A stretch of 64,000 nt of DNA from Callorhinchus milii (lineage: Eukaryota): assembly GCF_018977255.1 (NCBI RefSeq), contig NW_024704749.1, positions 8,556,001 to 8,620,000 on the forward strand, in the 5' to 3' direction. Positions 61,481-64,000 of this stretch are shown here, one piece after another. A model generated the notes under the pieces. The model did no database searches and had not been told where the DNA came from. It saw only the letters and a list, made by a program, of their open reading frames with translations. Both the position numbers and the translations under genes were made by a program. Positions within the stretch are counted from its first letter, which is position 1. Each line of letters starts with the position of its first letter.

Positions 61481-62204
61481 TTTTAAAAAAAATATTAAGC
61501 AGTGTTTCCAAACTTACAGAGTCCTGGCTTGTTCCTCTCTGAGACGGATTGCACAGGAATGCATTGCACATGTTGTTATAGATGATATCGGTGCGTTTGA
61601 CAGGACTGAACCTGCGGTTGCTGTTTACTGGGTGTCAGTTGACCTTTAGGGCAGATGGTGCTGGTTATATTTGCATAAACAGCAGCACGGATAATGTTCA
61701 TCCGTAGAAAAGAGGCTGAGGTAATTTATTTGAAGCAAAGAGAGTTTTATTTTGCTTTGGTGACCGACTTCATACATCCTTTATTTCTTTTTCTGTTCCT
61801 GTGCTATCCAGCTCAGGTTTCTGCACGCACACGTAGGCCGCAGTGTAAATCCCCTTTGAGACGTCCTCCCGATGTGAAAGGTGCTTCTGTATGTAAAAGT
61901 GTTAGTTGTCTTTCCACAAGGACAGAACTTTTTTTGAAAGAAAATTATTATTAATAATATAATGTCTCAAAGCGCTTCCCAGGATATGCAGCTGAGTGTA
62001 GTGACTGTGTGTGTTGCAAGTGAATAAATGGCTGCTTACAGTCGAAGATATACTTTACGACAGGTGCTCTCGCCTGGAATCATTGAACTGTTCTGATTTC
62101 CCACCAGATTGTACACTAAAGAAATTAACAAGATCTTGTTATAGAATTTCTAAAGCTTTGTTTACTCACTTGGCGAGGCCTCATTTGTGTATTTATGAGC
62201 ACTG

Positions 62205-62498
62205 GGTGTGTGCGTGTCTCTCTGTGTGCGTGTGTCTCTCTGTGTGCGCGCGTGTCTCTGTGTGCGCGCGTGTCTCTCTGTGTGCGCGCGTGTCTCTCTG
62301 TGTGCGCGCGTGTGTCTGTGTGTGTGCGCGGGTGTCTCTCTGTGTGCGCGCGTGTCTCTCTGTGTGCGCGGGTGTCTCTCTGTGTGCGCGGGTGTCTCTC
62401 TGTGTGCGCGCGTGTCTCTCTGTGTGCGCGCGTGTCTCTCTGCGTGCGTGCGTGTGTCTGTGTGTGTGCGTGTCTCTGTGTGCGTGTGTGTGTGCGCG
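62205..62498 (+). repeat. Minisatellite, ~20-bp unit GTGTCTCTCTGTGTGCGCGC
   Basis: About 13-14 tandem copies. The CARVSL-type ORFs are artefacts of the repeat. Confidence 0.92.
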
Positions 62499-63609
62499 AC
62501 ACCCCTCAATACGTCTTAGTGCAGTGCTGTATCACACAGCTACTTGCTCTGATTAATATGCTAGAAATAAAGAAATCAAACTGTGTTCGTTTTAAATGTG
62601 AATTGCTCAGGCAGGTCGGGGGATTTGGATCAGGATTAGTGATGGCATATTCGCTTGTATAAGTAGGTTCCACACCAGTTGGTAAGTGAGGAACTGGCTC
62701 CAGTTCGCACAACCTAATAACACGACATGTGGCTTCTCAGTCACGTCATCCTTCACCAAGTGGTGTCATCTCTAGCTTCCTTCAAGCGGCTAGCTGTGGT
62801 AAAGGCATGTGGGACGCAAAGTCACGATGTGGAATTCCTGGTCTTTGCTATGCTCAGCCTGGCCAGCTATCGGGATTATCTTTGGCCTCCGCGCCCGGGT
62901 CGGGAGGCGTGGGGTGGGGTGTGGGGCAGCAGCCAGGGTTTTCTGCTCTTGGTTGTTATTCAAAGGCGACCCCTCCTCGCGCCTCCTTCCCTGCTGGAAA
63001 GGTGGACGTGGGCATGTGAGTGAGGACAGGCAAGGATTTTTATTATTCTTATTACAGGTTCCTCACCTGGTGACTGTGATTGAGCAGCAGCAACGTGATC
63101 TTGTGTGGCTCAGTGTTTCTCCACAATCTCGATGCCAAAGCCTATTCCTCGCTGACGCAGCACTCTTTGTTTTCTGCAGCACAGTAACATCTGTCAGAGT
63201 CTCCGCAGAGAGAATGGACTTGCTCAGCGTTTAGTCAACCACCTGACGGCTTTTAATGGTCAGTTATCAATCGATGAGTCACATTAATGGAGCGTTGGTG
63301 AGAGGCATCTGGCAAAGCACCAGCGGCAGCCCAGCCGAACCTAGCGTCTGGTAATGGCTTTCTCCACATCGGTGCCAGACAGAGAGAGAGAGAATTCCAA
63401 TGGTCCAGCATTTGATTTCTTGCCAGTAGATTTGTTTGGTTGTGAGATTTTCTGCCAATGATTCAAGACACGACAGCACTCCTCTCATCTAGTTATTATT
63501 CCCATCCTTAAAAAAAAAAAGCATTTTTATAAAGTTACATGTGGCGGAGAGATTACGGCACATTCCATGACCGGATATCTGTTTGGGACTACACCAGTGC
63601 AGTGGTGTC

Positions 63610-63845
63610 CCCGAAGCTGCGGAACTCTCGCCCTCATTCCCTTTGCCTTTCCCCCTCTCTCCCCATTTTCAGATCACCTTGAAGACCTTCCTCTTCTGTC
63701 GTGCCTACGGTCACCTCGAGGAGAATCTCTCCCTCACCGTGGCTATTTACTGGGGCTTTGTACAAAACGGCTGCCACATTTGCCACTCTTGGCGGGAATC
63801 GGCGTGTAAGGCTTTGAGGTCTTCTGACATGACGAGTGCTTAAGA
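63610..63845 (+). mobile_element. Old L2 LINE 3' fragment
   Basis: ctgcggaactctcgccctcattccctttgcc...ttcagatcaccttgaagaccttcctcttc and a degenerate tail resemble 30575-30790. Confidence 0.55.
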
Positions 63846-64000
63846 AAAAGCACAAGCTCTTTCGCTCTTTTCCCTTTTTCTAAAATTAATGTCTCTACCT
63901 CCCACCTCCCCCCGAACAGTACACTATCTGACTGAACAGGAAAGCAGTCTTCTTCCGGCCTGTGCCAGCAGCACTGCTCAGCAGCTGCCTGTAAACACAC

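Noticed and set aside
62011-62662. Cys-rich repeat ORFs or a CRISPR-like array
   Set aside because: Head-to-tail minisatellite with no unique spacers and no cas genes, in eukaryotic context.

Overview
Vertebrate nuclear DNA. The repeat content and compact introns suggest a cartilaginous fish, possibly a holocephalan such as the elephant shark; this is inference only. The window keeps the gene order of human 12q24.31: the probable 5' end of KMT5A (-, divergent CpG promoter), SBNO1 (+, 30 coding exons traced), CDK2AP1 (+), MTRFR/C12orf65 (-), MPHOSPH9 (+, 23 coding exons), then a CpG-island non-coding first exon, probably PITPNM2, after two assembly gaps. Repeats include a decayed 2.5-kb L2 LINE, tRNA-derived SINEs sharing an L2-like 3' tail, many tail-only fragments, CR1-like tails, a rearranged Helitron with STPR-like repeats, and minisatellites. 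I see no convincing new biological system. The best leads are in SBNO1 splicing (a U12 minor intron, a frame-preserving 39-nt microexon, a GC donor, a 1-nt frameshift that is probably an assembly error), the Helitron composite, and an alternative CDK2AP1 first exon. Exon structures were read by eye; orthologue comparisons are from memory, not database searches.
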